Below the pieces are notes generated by a model. That model was not told where the DNA came from. It searched no databases and was given only the letters and a program-made list of their open reading frames with translations. Both the position numbers and the translations under genes were made by a program. Below, piece by piece: positions 9,291 to 19,286 of a stretch of 41,036 nt of DNA (position 1 is its first letter; the number at the start of each line of letters is the position of its first letter). Location of the stretch: assembly GCA_035563395.1 (NCBI GenBank), contig DATMVH010000250.1, positions 1 through 41,036 of the forward strand, read 5' to 3'. The stretch comes from Solirubrobacteraceae bacterium (GTDB lineage Bacteria > Actinomycetota > Thermoleophilia > Solirubrobacterales > Solirubrobacteraceae).

Positions 9291-10801
9291 GCGCGAAGCG
9301 CAGCATCCCCATCACGCCGATCATGCGCCGCTACCGGCGGCTCCGTCGCGCGCATCAGGCGGCGCGGCTGGCGGAAGCTCGCCGTCTGCTCGCCGACCCG
9401 AACGAGCTGGCCGCAGAGTTCGCGGCGAGCGTCGCGCACTTCTCCCCCTACGACAACCGCCGCGAGCCCTTCTATCCCCCGGACCGCGCAGTCCGCGCCC
9501 CGGGCGACGGGATCGCCCAGACCAACGACTTGGTGCTCCGAATCGAGCGCCAGCGACGGATCGTTCCGGTCGACGCGGCGGCCCGGATCGAGGAGCACGA
9601 CGCCGGTCCCGCGGTCAAGATCCTCGGTGACACGGATCCGTTCTTCGCGCTCGTCCAGGCTCTCGCCTGCGCCGCGCACCTCGCCACCCCGAACCAGTAC
9701 GAGCGGATGCGCCGTCACCTCTACCGCGGCGCGTTTCCGACGCTGCCCGATGGGCCGCGGCTCGACATCGCCATCCTGCTCTACGACGGCCACCGAACCG
9801 GGCAGCCGAGCGCAGGCGCCTACATGGGCGAGCTCACGGCGACGGCCGGGGCCCTCGGGCCCAAGCTGCTCGCGCAGGACACGCTCGGCGCGTCCGTCAG
9901 GCGGATCTCGGCGATCGGCATCGGCCTCGACGGCTCGGGCCGGCTCGACGCCGAGGTGCGGTGGGCCTGGGAACGCCGACTCGCCGGCGACGACAACGCA
10001 TCGGCGGAGCGGGACGGAGAGCGGCGGACGGCCATCCCGATCTTCAACGATCGCGCCGTCCGCGTCCGGACGATGGCCGACTGGCAGCGGCTCGCGCCGC
10101 CGGCGTCGGAGAGCCACTGGCGCGAACACCCCTCCGCGATGGAGCTCGCACGGGCGTGGATCGAGAAGGACCCCGCCCGCCGGATCGAGGCGCTCCTGGC
10201 GGGCCGGCCGCGGCTCGCCGGCGTCAGGCTCGAGCGGGCGATCGCCGAGCGCAAGACGTTCTTCGACGATATCCGGAGCGGGCCACGCAACCACGACCTG
10301 CTCGTGCACGCGCGCTCGGACGCGGGGCCCGTCGTGATCGGGGTCGAGGCGAAGGTCGACGAGAGCTTCGACCGCGACCTCGTGAGCTGGCGGGAGGCCG
10401 CCATCCGGCGCCAGCCGGCGACCCGCGCACCCGAGCGCCTCGACCGGCTGACGCGCGCGTTCTTCGGCGTGACCCTCGACGGGGATCCGCAGCTCGGGCC
10501 GTTGCGCTACCAGCTGCTCGCCGCACCGGCAGGGACGCTCGCCGAGGCCAGGGAGGCGTCGGCGGCCGCTGCGGTGCTCCTCGTGCACGAGTTCGTGACT
10601 CCCGCGGCCGACCCGCGCAACCGTGCCCGCAACGGCGCCGACCTCGACCGGTTCCTCGCACGCCTCGGCGGCGGCGAGCGCACCGGGCACGACGACGGAT
10701 GGCTCGCCGGCCCGTTCCGGGTCCCCGGCAACGGGCATCTGCCGGGCACCATCCCCGTCTACGTCGGCAAGCTGGTCAGCCACACCGCGAGCCCGGCTTG
10801 A
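9287..10801 (+). CDS. ~500-aa uncharacterised protein with a C-terminal PD-(D/E)xK-like nuclease core
   Basis: Frame 2 has high GC3 from ~9290 onward. GTG 9287 overlaps the upstream TGA (GTGA); alternative starts are 9278 and 9323. The C-terminal half contains SAMELARAW, HDLLV...VIGVEAKVDESF (D..ExK) and LRYQLL...AVLLVHEF. The N-terminal ~270 aa have no motif I recognise. Confidence 0.7.
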   Translation: MSAKRSIPITPIMRRYRRLRRAHQAARLAEARRLLADPNELAAEFAASVAHFSPYDNRREPFYPPDRAVRAPGDGIAQTNDLVLRIERQRRIVPVDAAARIEEHDAGPAVKILGDTDPFFALVQALACAAHLATPNQYERMRRHLYRGAFPTLPDGPRLDIAILLYDGHRTGQPSAGAYMGELTATAGALGPKLLAQDTLGASVRRISAIGIGLDGSGRLDAEVRWAWERRLAGDDNASAERDGERRTAIPIFNDRAVRVRTMADWQRLAPPASESHWREHPSAMELARAWIEKDPARRIEALLAGRPRLAGVRLERAIAERKTFFDDIRSGPRNHDLLVHARSDAGPVVIGVEAKVDESFDRDLVSWREAAIRRQPATRAPERLDRLTRAFFGVTLDGDPQLGPLRYQLLAAPAGTLAEAREASAAAAVLLVHEFVTPAADPRNRARNGADLDRFLARLGGGERTGHDDGWLAGPFRVPGNGHLPGTIPVYVGKLVSHTASPA

Positions 10802-10905
10802 TCAAGATCGGCGCGCCTGGCCCGGCTCTCCGGGACGGCGTGGCACGTGCGGTCTGGTAGAACGCCTGCCGCTGCACGCGACGACCGCATGAAGGAGGCG
10901 GCCCG

Positions 10906-11451
10906 ATGACGGCAATCAAGCTCGCTCAGCTGCCCGACGACGTCGCGGCGGAGGTCGCACGCCTGGGCGCCAAGCAGGTCAACCTCTACAAGGCGCTCGC
11001 GCACGCTCCCGAACTGCTGCGCGCCTGGATGGCGTTCGCATGGGCGCTGCGCGGCCATGACACGACCTCGCGCCGCCTCCGGGAGCTCATGATCCTGCGG
11101 ACCGCGCTGCTGCACCACTCCCGGTACGAGTGGCACCAGCACCGGCGGATGGCGCGGGAGGCCGGCGTCACCGACAACGAGGTGGCGGAGCTCGAGATGT
11201 GGCGCCAATCCGACGTCTTCAGCGCTTCCGACCGCGCGGCGCTGGCCTTCACGGACGCGATCGTCGCCGGCGAGGTCCCGGCGGAGGTCAACGACGAGCT
11301 GGCGCGCCACTACGACGACCAGCAGCGGGTCGAGCTCACCGTCACGGCGGGCTTCTACGCCATGGTCCCGCGGGTGCTGGAGGCGCTCGGCGTGCCGGTC
11401 GAGACCGACGAGGACCTGACCGCCGCGCGTGGTCAGCCGCCGGTGACGTAG
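10906..11451 (+). CDS. carboxymuconolactone decarboxylase (AhpD-like) family protein
   Basis: 181 aa. RBS GAAGGAGG. CMD-family pattern (RELMILRTALLHHSRYEWHQH). The 3' end overlaps the convergent monooxygenase gene by 19 nt. Confidence 0.85.
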   Translation: MTAIKLAQLPDDVAAEVARLGAKQVNLYKALAHAPELLRAWMAFAWALRGHDTTSRRLRELMILRTALLHHSRYEWHQHRRMAREAGVTDNEVAELEMWRQSDVFSASDRAALAFTDAIVAGEVPAEVNDELARHYDDQQRVELTVTAGFYAMVPRVLEALGVPVETDEDLTAARGQPPVT

Positions 11452-13268
11452 GGCCGGGCTCGCCGGGCGGGCTCCGGCGCCGCGCTGCGACCGAGCAGCC
11501 GGTCCATGACCTGCCCGAGCACTGCCGTGGGGTCCTCGACGATCGTCTGACTGCGCCACGCCACGTGGGCGTCCGGGCGCACGAGCACGCAGCCGCTCTC
11601 GCCGACCTCGGCGGCGCGCGCCCAGTCGTCGTAGGTGTCGAGCACCTCGCGGCCGGGCCCGATGACATAGGCCGCGATCTCGACGCCGGTGCGCGCGCTC
11701 ACCCGGGCCGCGGCATGCGTCCACGCCTCGCCGCCGATGCCGGTGAAGAGCGCGAAGCGCCCCTTTCCGGCGAGGTCGTGCGTGGAGACCTTCTCGCCCT
11801 TGGCGGCGACGTCGTGGCTCGTGAGCTTCTCGCCCTGGTGCTCCAGCCAGACGTGAGGCAGGCGGGCCCCGGGCCACGTGGTCGGGTGGTAGTAGAGCTC
11901 GGGGTCGCGGTCGTACGGCGGCTCGGGGGTCCCGTCGGGGACGACAGCGGCGGAGCGGTAGCGCTGGCCGAGCTCGACGCCGTGGGCGTTGAACTCGTAG
12001 TTCTTGAACTCGATCGCCGCCCGCAGCTTCTCGCGCGCCTCGGCGCCCCGGGCCGAATCCTCCTTGCGCACCTCCATGTTCGCGCGCATCTGCTCGGGGT
12101 CGGTCGTGTCGAGGACACCGAGGGCGTCGAAGATCGGTGCGAACTCCTCGATGCTCTGATTCGCGCGCGCGACGATCTGCTTGCCGACGGGGGCGCGCTC
12201 GGCGTCGTAGGACTCGAGCAGCGAGGGCGCCGCCTTGCCCTGCAGGACGAGGGCGAGCTTCCAGGCGAGGTTGTAGGCGTCCTGGATGGAGGTGTTGGAG
12301 CCGAGGCCGTTCGAGGGGGGATGGCGATGGCAGGCGTCGCCCATGCAGAACACGCGGCCCTCGGCATACCGGGCGGCCCACATCCTGTTGTTGGACCACA
12401 GCGAGGTGGAGCGCAGCGTGATCGGGATGGTGTCGTCGCCGATCAGCTCGTGGGCGACCTTGGTGGCGAACTGCTCGTCGACCTCGGGCGGCGCCTCGTC
12501 GATGTCGTAGCCCCACACGATCAGCCACTCGTCCCACGGCCGGACCATCCGGACGAGGCCCAGTCCGATGCCTCCGACATCGGCCCCCGGTTGCAGCACC
12601 CAGTACAGGACGCTCGGGCGGTGGGCGACGTACCGGGAGAGATCGGCGTGGAAGATGATGTTCATCGAGCCCGCCACGTCCATCTGGCCCTCCATGGGGA
12701 GGCCGATGTCTTGTGCGACCTTGCTGCGGCCGCCGTCGGCACCGATGAGGTACTTGGCGCGGATCTCGTAGCGCTCGCCGGTGAGGCGATCTCCGACCGT
12801 CGCCGTCACCCCGTCGGCGTCCTGCTGAAGCGACAGGTACTCGGTGTCGAACCGCACCCGGCTCCCGCGCGCCGCCGCGGCGCCGACGAGGATCGGCTCG
12901 AGGATGTCCTGCGGGGTGTCGTTGTGCAGTACCGGACTGGCGAGTCGGTAGTCCGCGAAGCGGCGCGGGTGCGTGCCCCACGTATGGAGTCGGGCGAGCT
13001 CGTCACCGGCGAGGCTCGTGCAGAACACCGTGTCGCCCATGAGGTCGTTCGGGACGGCCTTGGCCTCGATCTCGGCCTGGAGGCCGACGTCGCGCATGAT
13101 CTCCATCGTGCGCTGGTTCGTGATGTGCGCGCGCGGCGAGTTCGCCGTCCAGCGGTACTTCGTCACGACCATGTTGTCCACGCCGTAGGTGCTGAGGAAC
13201 ACCGCGGCCGAGGCGCCGGCCGGCCCGCTGCCGACGATCAGCACGTCCGTCTCGATGGGCATGCTCAC
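11433..13268 (-). CDS. FAD-dependent aromatic (phenol/resorcinol-type) monooxygenase
   Basis: 611 aa. N-terminal DVLIVGSGPAGASAA dinucleotide fold, GDACHRHPP motif and a long C-terminal thioredoxin-like extension typical of PheA/TfdB-type hydroxylases. The GTG start overlaps the upstream stop (GTGA). Confidence 0.9.
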   Translation of the reverse strand: MSMPIETDVLIVGSGPAGASAAVFLSTYGVDNMVVTKYRWTANSPRAHITNQRTMEIMRDVGLQAEIEAKAVPNDLMGDTVFCTSLAGDELARLHTWGTHPRRFADYRLASPVLHNDTPQDILEPILVGAAAARGSRVRFDTEYLSLQQDADGVTATVGDRLTGERYEIRAKYLIGADGGRSKVAQDIGLPMEGQMDVAGSMNIIFHADLSRYVAHRPSVLYWVLQPGADVGGIGLGLVRMVRPWDEWLIVWGYDIDEAPPEVDEQFATKVAHELIGDDTIPITLRSTSLWSNNRMWAARYAEGRVFCMGDACHRHPPSNGLGSNTSIQDAYNLAWKLALVLQGKAAPSLLESYDAERAPVGKQIVARANQSIEEFAPIFDALGVLDTTDPEQMRANMEVRKEDSARGAEAREKLRAAIEFKNYEFNAHGVELGQRYRSAAVVPDGTPEPPYDRDPELYYHPTTWPGARLPHVWLEHQGEKLTSHDVAAKGEKVSTHDLAGKGRFALFTGIGGEAWTHAAARVSARTGVEIAAYVIGPGREVLDTYDDWARAAEVGESGCVLVRPDAHVAWRSQTIVEDPTAVLGQVMDRLLGRSAAPEPARRARPYVTGG

Positions 13269-14194
13269 GTCCCGCCCCTGTCCGAGGTCTCGACCTGTTC
13301 GGCGGGCCGCGACCGGTCGTCGCCGCCCTCGCCCGGCGCGAGCACGATGTCATAGGCCATGACCCAGTACGGGGTCGGCATCTCGCGTCCGTCGGGCGCC
13401 GTGCCGGCCTCCCGGCGCTCGAAGGCCGTGATGAGGTTGCTGCGCACGCCGAAGACCGCGTCCGAGTCCAGGTAGCGGTCGCCGTCGACGAACACGTGCG
13501 TGATCAGCCGCTGGTAGCCGGGGGCGCGTACGAGGAAGTGCACGTGCGCCGGGCGCATCGGGTGACGGCCCGCCGCGTCGAGCAGGCCGCCCACCGGCCC
13601 GTCGGCGGGGATCGGGTAGGCCTCCGGCTTGACCGACCAGAACCACCAGCGCCCCCGGTCGTCGGCGCTCAGGTGCCCGCGCCCGCGCGGCTCGTCGAGG
13701 TCGTCGTACTGCACGTCGTAGAAGCCGTCCTTGTCCGCCATCCACACCTCGAGGTGGGCGCCGGGCACCGGCTCGCCGTCGAGGTTCAGCACCCGCCCCT
13801 GCATCAGGCACGGCTCGCCGGGCGCGCCGTTCGCCAGGTCGTCGCCGTTGGAGAAGCCCGGCGAGCCCTCGACGAAGAACGGCCCGAACACCGTCGACTC
13901 GGTCGCCTGCGGCGGGCGGCGGTTGTTGATGCCGACGACCAGCATCGAGAGTCCGAGCACGTCGGACAGGAGGATGAACTCCTGCCGGCGCTCGTCGGTG
14001 ATGTGCCCCGTCCGGGTCAGGAAGTCGATGCCCTGGAACCACTCCTCCTCGGTCAGCCCGACCTCCGAGGCAAAGGCGTGCAGGTGGCGCACGAGACTGT
14101 CCGCCAGCTCGCGGAAGCGCGCCGACCGCGCCCCCTCGAAGCTGGCGAGGACCGCCCGCGTAAGCGCTTCGTCGGCCAGGTTCCGGGTGCTCAT
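13265..14194 (-). CDS. intradiol ring-cleavage dioxygenase (hydroxyquinol/catechol 1,2-dioxygenase)
   Basis: ATG 14194 lies 6 nt after AGGAG; a TTG at 14212 is the alternative. Intradiol dioxygenase motifs present (EGPFFV-like GPFFVEG, LEVWMADKDGFY, RPAHVHF). Confidence 0.85.
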   Translation of the reverse strand: MSTRNLADEALTRAVLASFEGARSARFRELADSLVRHLHAFASEVGLTEEEWFQGIDFLTRTGHITDERRQEFILLSDVLGLSMLVVGINNRRPPQATESTVFGPFFVEGSPGFSNGDDLANGAPGEPCLMQGRVLNLDGEPVPGAHLEVWMADKDGFYDVQYDDLDEPRGRGHLSADDRGRWWFWSVKPEAYPIPADGPVGGLLDAAGRHPMRPAHVHFLVRAPGYQRLITHVFVDGDRYLDSDAVFGVRSNLITAFERREAGTAPDGREMPTPYWVMAYDIVLAPGEGGDDRSRPAEQVETSDRGGT

Positions 14195-14297
14195 CTCACG
14201 CTCCTGGATCAATCACGCGCGTGACCGCGCCACGCCGCGACTCGGCGCCTCACGCCAGGACGGGCCGTGACCCGCGCCGGCGTCGTACAGCGGCGAA

Positions 14298-14326
14298 TCC
14301 TAACCGCGCGGCGCATCTCCTAACCG
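14298..14326. promoter_or_regulatory. direct repeat TCCTAACCG x2 in a divergent promoter region
   Basis: Identical 9-mers at 14298-14306 and 14318-14326, 20 nt centre to centre. They lie in the ~280-nt gap between the divergent dioxygenase and ABC-transporter operons. Confidence 0.2.
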
Positions 14327-14474
14327 TCGAGCGCGCCGTCAGGTGCCGTCCCGGGCGCACGTCTCGACGGCTCGGTGTCAGCCGGGACCACGACCGTTTG
14401 CCGTGCGAGTGCCCGGGGGAAACACCAGGCACCGGCTTCCCGGCTTCCGCATTCCCGCTTCGGGGGGGAGAGTG

Positions 14475-15802
14475 ATGAGCGATACCGCATACGGCCTGCG
14501 TCGGCGCGAATTGCTGCAACGAGCGGGGGCCGGCGGGGTGCTGCTCGCGTCGGGGTCCCTCCTGTCGGCCTGCGGGTTGAGCGAGGACGACTCGGGCGGC
14601 GGCGGGGGCGGGACGACGCTGAAGATCGGCTACATCCGGCCGCAGACCGGACCGCTGGCCGGCTTCAACGAGGGCGACCCGTACGTGTTGTCGCTCGTCC
14701 GGGAGGCGTACAGGAAGGGCATCACGGGCGGAGACGGCAAGAAGTACACCGTGCAGATCGTCGCCAAGGACGCCGCCTCGGATCAGGCGCGCGCCGCCGA
14801 GGTCGCACGGCAGGCCATGCTCGAGGACAAGGTCGACCTGATCATCACCGGGGGCACGCCGACCATCGGCAACCCGGTCTCGGACCAGGCCGAGGCTCAG
14901 GGCGTTCCACACATCGTCACCCTGAACCCGTGGGAGAGCTGGTTCATGGGCCGCGGCGGCACCAAGGACAAGGGCTTCCGCTACGGCGCGTTGTTCTTCC
15001 CCGGCGGCAGCGTCGAGGTCGAGGGTGTCCCGCCGGTCTTCGAGCAGATGGGCGAGCAGAGCGGCAACCAGACGATCGGCGCGCTGTGGCCCAACAACGT
15101 GGACGGCGACACGTTCCGTGAGGTGTTCACCCCGGCGATCAAGGAGATCGGCTACGAGCTGGTCGACCCCGGCCCCTACGCCGAGCCGTCCCAGAACTAC
15201 AGCACGCAGATCGGGCGATTCCGCCAGGGCGACGCGGGGATCCTGACCGGCTGCCCGGACACGCCGAACTTCGCGACGTTCTGGCGGCAGGCCCGGCAGT
15301 CCGGCTACCGGCCCTACGGCGCCTACATCCACAAGGCGATCCTGTTCCCGGCCGCCGTCGAGTCGCTCGGCGACCTGGGCGAGAACCTGTGCACGAGCGC
15401 CTGGTGGACACCGGACGTGCCGTACACGTCGCAGCTCAACGGCATGACGTCGAAGGAGTTCGGCGACGGCTACGAGCGCGAGATCGGCAAGCAGTGGCAC
15501 CAGCCGTCGGCGTTCTGGTACGCGGCCTTCGAGGTCGCGGCGCAGCTGATCGAGAACACGCCGGAACCGAAGGACAAGGACGCCCTGGCCAGCACCCTCA
15601 TCAAGATGAAGGGCGACACGCTGGTCGGGCCGTACGACTTCGGTGGCGGCCCGACGCCGAACGTGCACGTCAACCCGATCTTCCCGACGCAGTGGGTCAG
15701 GGGTCAGGGCAAGTACCCCTTCGACCTGAACATCATCGACAACACGCTCGCCCCCGACGTCAAGGTCACGGGGGAGCTCCAACCCCTGCCCGACGCGCGC
15801 GT

Positions 15803-15806
<4 letters not shown>
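14475..15806 (+). CDS. ABC transporter substrate-binding lipoprotein (Liv/branched-chain amino acid-type family)
   Basis: ATG 14475. Twin-arginine-like RRRELLQ followed by the lipobox LLSAC. Periplasmic-binding-protein type I character. Confidence 0.85.
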
Positions 15807-16566
<760 letters not shown>

Positions 16567-16570
<4 letters not shown>

Positions 16571-17331
16571 GCGACGCCCCCCGCACGCCGACGCAAGGCA
16601 CGCCGCTGCTCGAGGGCGACTCGCTCGACGTGTACTACGGGCCTCTCCGGGCGCTGCATGACGTGTCGCTCGAGGTCCACGCCGGCGAGACCGTCGCCCT
16701 CATCGGCGCCAACGGCGCGGGCAAGTCCACGCTGCTGCAGACGCTCGCCGGGGCGAAGGCGCCCGGAACGGGTCGCGTCCGGTGGGATGGTGAGGACATC
16801 ACGGCGCTGTCCGACTACCGTCGCGTCGCGCTCGGCCTGTCGCTGACGCCGGAGGGGCGGCGGCTGTTCAAGAGCCTCACCGTCGAGGAGAACCTGCAGG
16901 TCGGCGCGCATCCGGATCGCAGCGGCGACTGGTCGATCGAACGGGTGTACGAGACGTTCCCGCTGGTCGCGAAGCTGCGCCGCCGGCGCGCCGACGCCCT
17001 GTCGGGCGGCGAGCAGCAGGCCGTCGCGATCAGCCGCTCGCTGATGTCCAACCCGCGGCTGCTGATGATCGACGAGGTGTCGCTCGGCCTCGCTCCCGTC
17101 ATCGTCGAGCAGCTCTACGACTCGCTGCGGACCGTCATCGCGCAGGGCACGAGCCTGCTGCTCGTCGAGCAGGACCTCGAGCTGGCGATGGAGGTCTGCA
17201 CGCGGCTCTACTGCATGCTGGAGGGCCGGATCGTGCTCTCCGGCCGCCCCGGTGACGTGACGCGCGACGAGGTGGTCGCGGCGTACTTCGGGACGAGCAA
17301 GGCGCTTCAAGAGAAGGTGGCGGCCGAATGA
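16567..17331 (+). CDS. ABC transporter ATP-binding protein (LivF-like)
   Basis: ATGA overlap. Walker A GANGAGKST, signature LSGGEQQ, Walker B LLMIDEVSLGL. Confidence 0.9.
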
Positions 17332-18197
17332 GGTGGCTCGATGCGGTCATCCACGGGATCCTGCTCGGCGGCGCGTACGCGCTCTTCGCCGCGGGGCTCT
17401 CGCTCATGTTCGGCGTCATGCGCATCGTCAACCTCGCGCACGGCGCCCTCGCGGTGGTCGGCGCGTACCTGTGCAGTGAGGGCATCCGCCGCCTGGGCCT
17501 GCCGGCGGCCGTGGCGATCGTCCTCGCGCTGCCGATCATGGCCGCGTTCGGCTACGCACTCCAGCGCCTGCTGTTCGACCGGACGGCGAAATCCGGCGAG
17601 TTCGCGACGCCGCTGGTCACGTTCGCGCTGTCGATCATCATCGCCAACGTCCTGCTGGCGGCGTTCACCTCCGACGTGCGGTCGATCCCGGTCGGCGACA
17701 TCGGAACCGCGAGCCTGGACATCACGAGCACGACGTCGGTGGGCTGGGTGAGCGTCATCGTGTTCGTGCTCGCGGTCGGGATCCTGGGCGGCGTGCAGCT
17801 CTTCCTGAGTCGCACGCAGCCGGGCAGGATCATCCGCGCGACCGCCGACGACCAGAGCACGGTCCGCCTGGTCGGCGTCAACAACCACCAGGTGTTCGGC
17901 GCGGTGACCGCGTTCGCGGTGCTGACGGCGACCATCGCCGGCATCTCGACGGGGATCCAGTCGAGCTTCGATCCGAACAGCGGCGTCACGCTGCTGCTGT
18001 TCGCATTCGAGGCCGTCGTCATCGGCGGGCTCGGGTCGCTCTGGGGAACCCTCGTGGGCGGCGTGCTGCTGGGCGTCTCGCAGACCGTCGCCGCGGAGAT
18101 CGACCCGCAGTACGCGCTGCTCGCGGGGCACGGGGTCTTCCTCGTGTTCCTGCTGTTCCGCCCGCGCGGGCTGTTCCCGGGAACCTGGCAGGGATGA
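17328..18197 (+). CDS. branched-chain-type ABC permease (LivH-like)
   Basis: 289-aa polytopic ORF with an ATGA overlap. LivH-like N-terminus (GILLGGAYALFAAGLSLMFGVMRIVNLAHG). Confidence 0.9.
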   Translation: MRWLDAVIHGILLGGAYALFAAGLSLMFGVMRIVNLAHGALAVVGAYLCSEGIRRLGLPAAVAIVLALPIMAAFGYALQRLLFDRTAKSGEFATPLVTFALSIIIANVLLAAFTSDVRSIPVGDIGTASLDITSTTSVGWVSVIVFVLAVGILGGVQLFLSRTQPGRIIRATADDQSTVRLVGVNNHQVFGAVTAFAVLTATIAGISTGIQSSFDPNSGVTLLLFAFEAVVIGGLGSLWGTLVGGVLLGVSQTVAAEIDPQYALLAGHGVFLVFLLFRPRGLFPGTWQG

Positions 18198-19267
18198 GCG
18201 CCGAGATCGGCAGCCAGGCCTCGCAGGCGCCGGCCGCGGCCGGCACCGTGGCGCCGAGCGAACGCGGGTACGTGGTCACGCGGCTCGACCGCCTCTCGCG
18301 CGGCGCCCTCGTCGGGTTCGCGGCGCTCGTGGTCCTGCTCGCCTTCGTGCCGTTCTCGTTCGGCAGCTCGACGCAGAACACCTTGACGGGAATCCTGCTG
18401 CTCGTCGCGATGGCGTCGCTGTGGAACCTGCTCGCCGGCTACGCGGGGCTCATCTCGTTCGGCCAGCAGGCGTTCCTCGGCGTCGGCGCCTACTCGGTGC
18501 TCGTGCTGACGCGCTCCGGGATGAACGGGTATGTCGCGATCCCCTTCGCCGCGCTGATCGCCCTGGTGATCGCCGTGCCGTTGTCGGTGGCGCTGTTCCG
18601 GACGCGCGGCGCCTACTTCGCGATCGCGACCTGGGTCGTGGCCGAGGCGTTCCGCCTGCTGGTCATCACGATCCCGGCCCTCGGCGGCGGCGAGGGCGCG
18701 TCGCTGCCGACGGCGCTGGACTACTCGCCGACGGTCCGCACGGCGCTGACCTACTGGGCTTCGCTCGTGGTCGCGGTCGCCTCGCTCGCGGCCATCTGGT
18801 TCCTGATGCGCAGCCGGACGGGGCTCGACGCCGGTGCGGTGCGCGACGACGAGCTCGCCGCCTCGTCGCTCGGCGTCGGGACGGACCGCGCGCGGCGCAT
18901 CCCGTACCTCGTGTCGGCCGCCGGCTTCGGCGCGGTGGGGGCGGTGATCTTCCTGAACGCCCTGCGGGTGGAGCCGGCGTCGATCTTCAGCGTGAACTAC
19001 AGCGCCAATGCGTTCTTCATGACGGTCATCGGCGGCGTCGGGACGATCGAGGGGCCCGTCGTCGGGGCGCTCGTGTTCTACGCGCTCCAGGAGTTCCTGT
19101 CCGGCTGGGGCGAGTGGTACCTCGTGCTCCTGGGGGTCGTGGCGATCGCCGTCATGCTGTTCATGCCGGAAGGGTTGTGGGGTCGCCTGTCGCGACGCTT
19201 CGACCTCGTCCTGTTCCCGATCGGCTACCGCCTGCGGCAGCGCGGCGGAAGCCGCGACAAGCGGTGA
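18194..19267 (+). CDS. branched-chain-type ABC permease (LivM-like)
   Basis: 357-aa polytopic ORF with an ATGA overlap. LivM-like core (LWNLLAGYAGLISFGQQAFLGVGAY). Confidence 0.9.
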   Translation: MSAEIGSQASQAPAAAGTVAPSERGYVVTRLDRLSRGALVGFAALVVLLAFVPFSFGSSTQNTLTGILLLVAMASLWNLLAGYAGLISFGQQAFLGVGAYSVLVLTRSGMNGYVAIPFAALIALVIAVPLSVALFRTRGAYFAIATWVVAEAFRLLVITIPALGGGEGASLPTALDYSPTVRTALTYWASLVVAVASLAAIWFLMRSRTGLDAGAVRDDELAASSLGVGTDRARRIPYLVSAAGFGAVGAVIFLNALRVEPASIFSVNYSANAFFMTVIGGVGTIEGPVVGALVFYALQEFLSGWGEWYLVLLGVVAIAVMLFMPEGLWGRLSRRFDLVLFPIGYRLRQRGGSRDKR

Positions 19268-19286
19268 TGACCGCAGAGGAGGCGCG

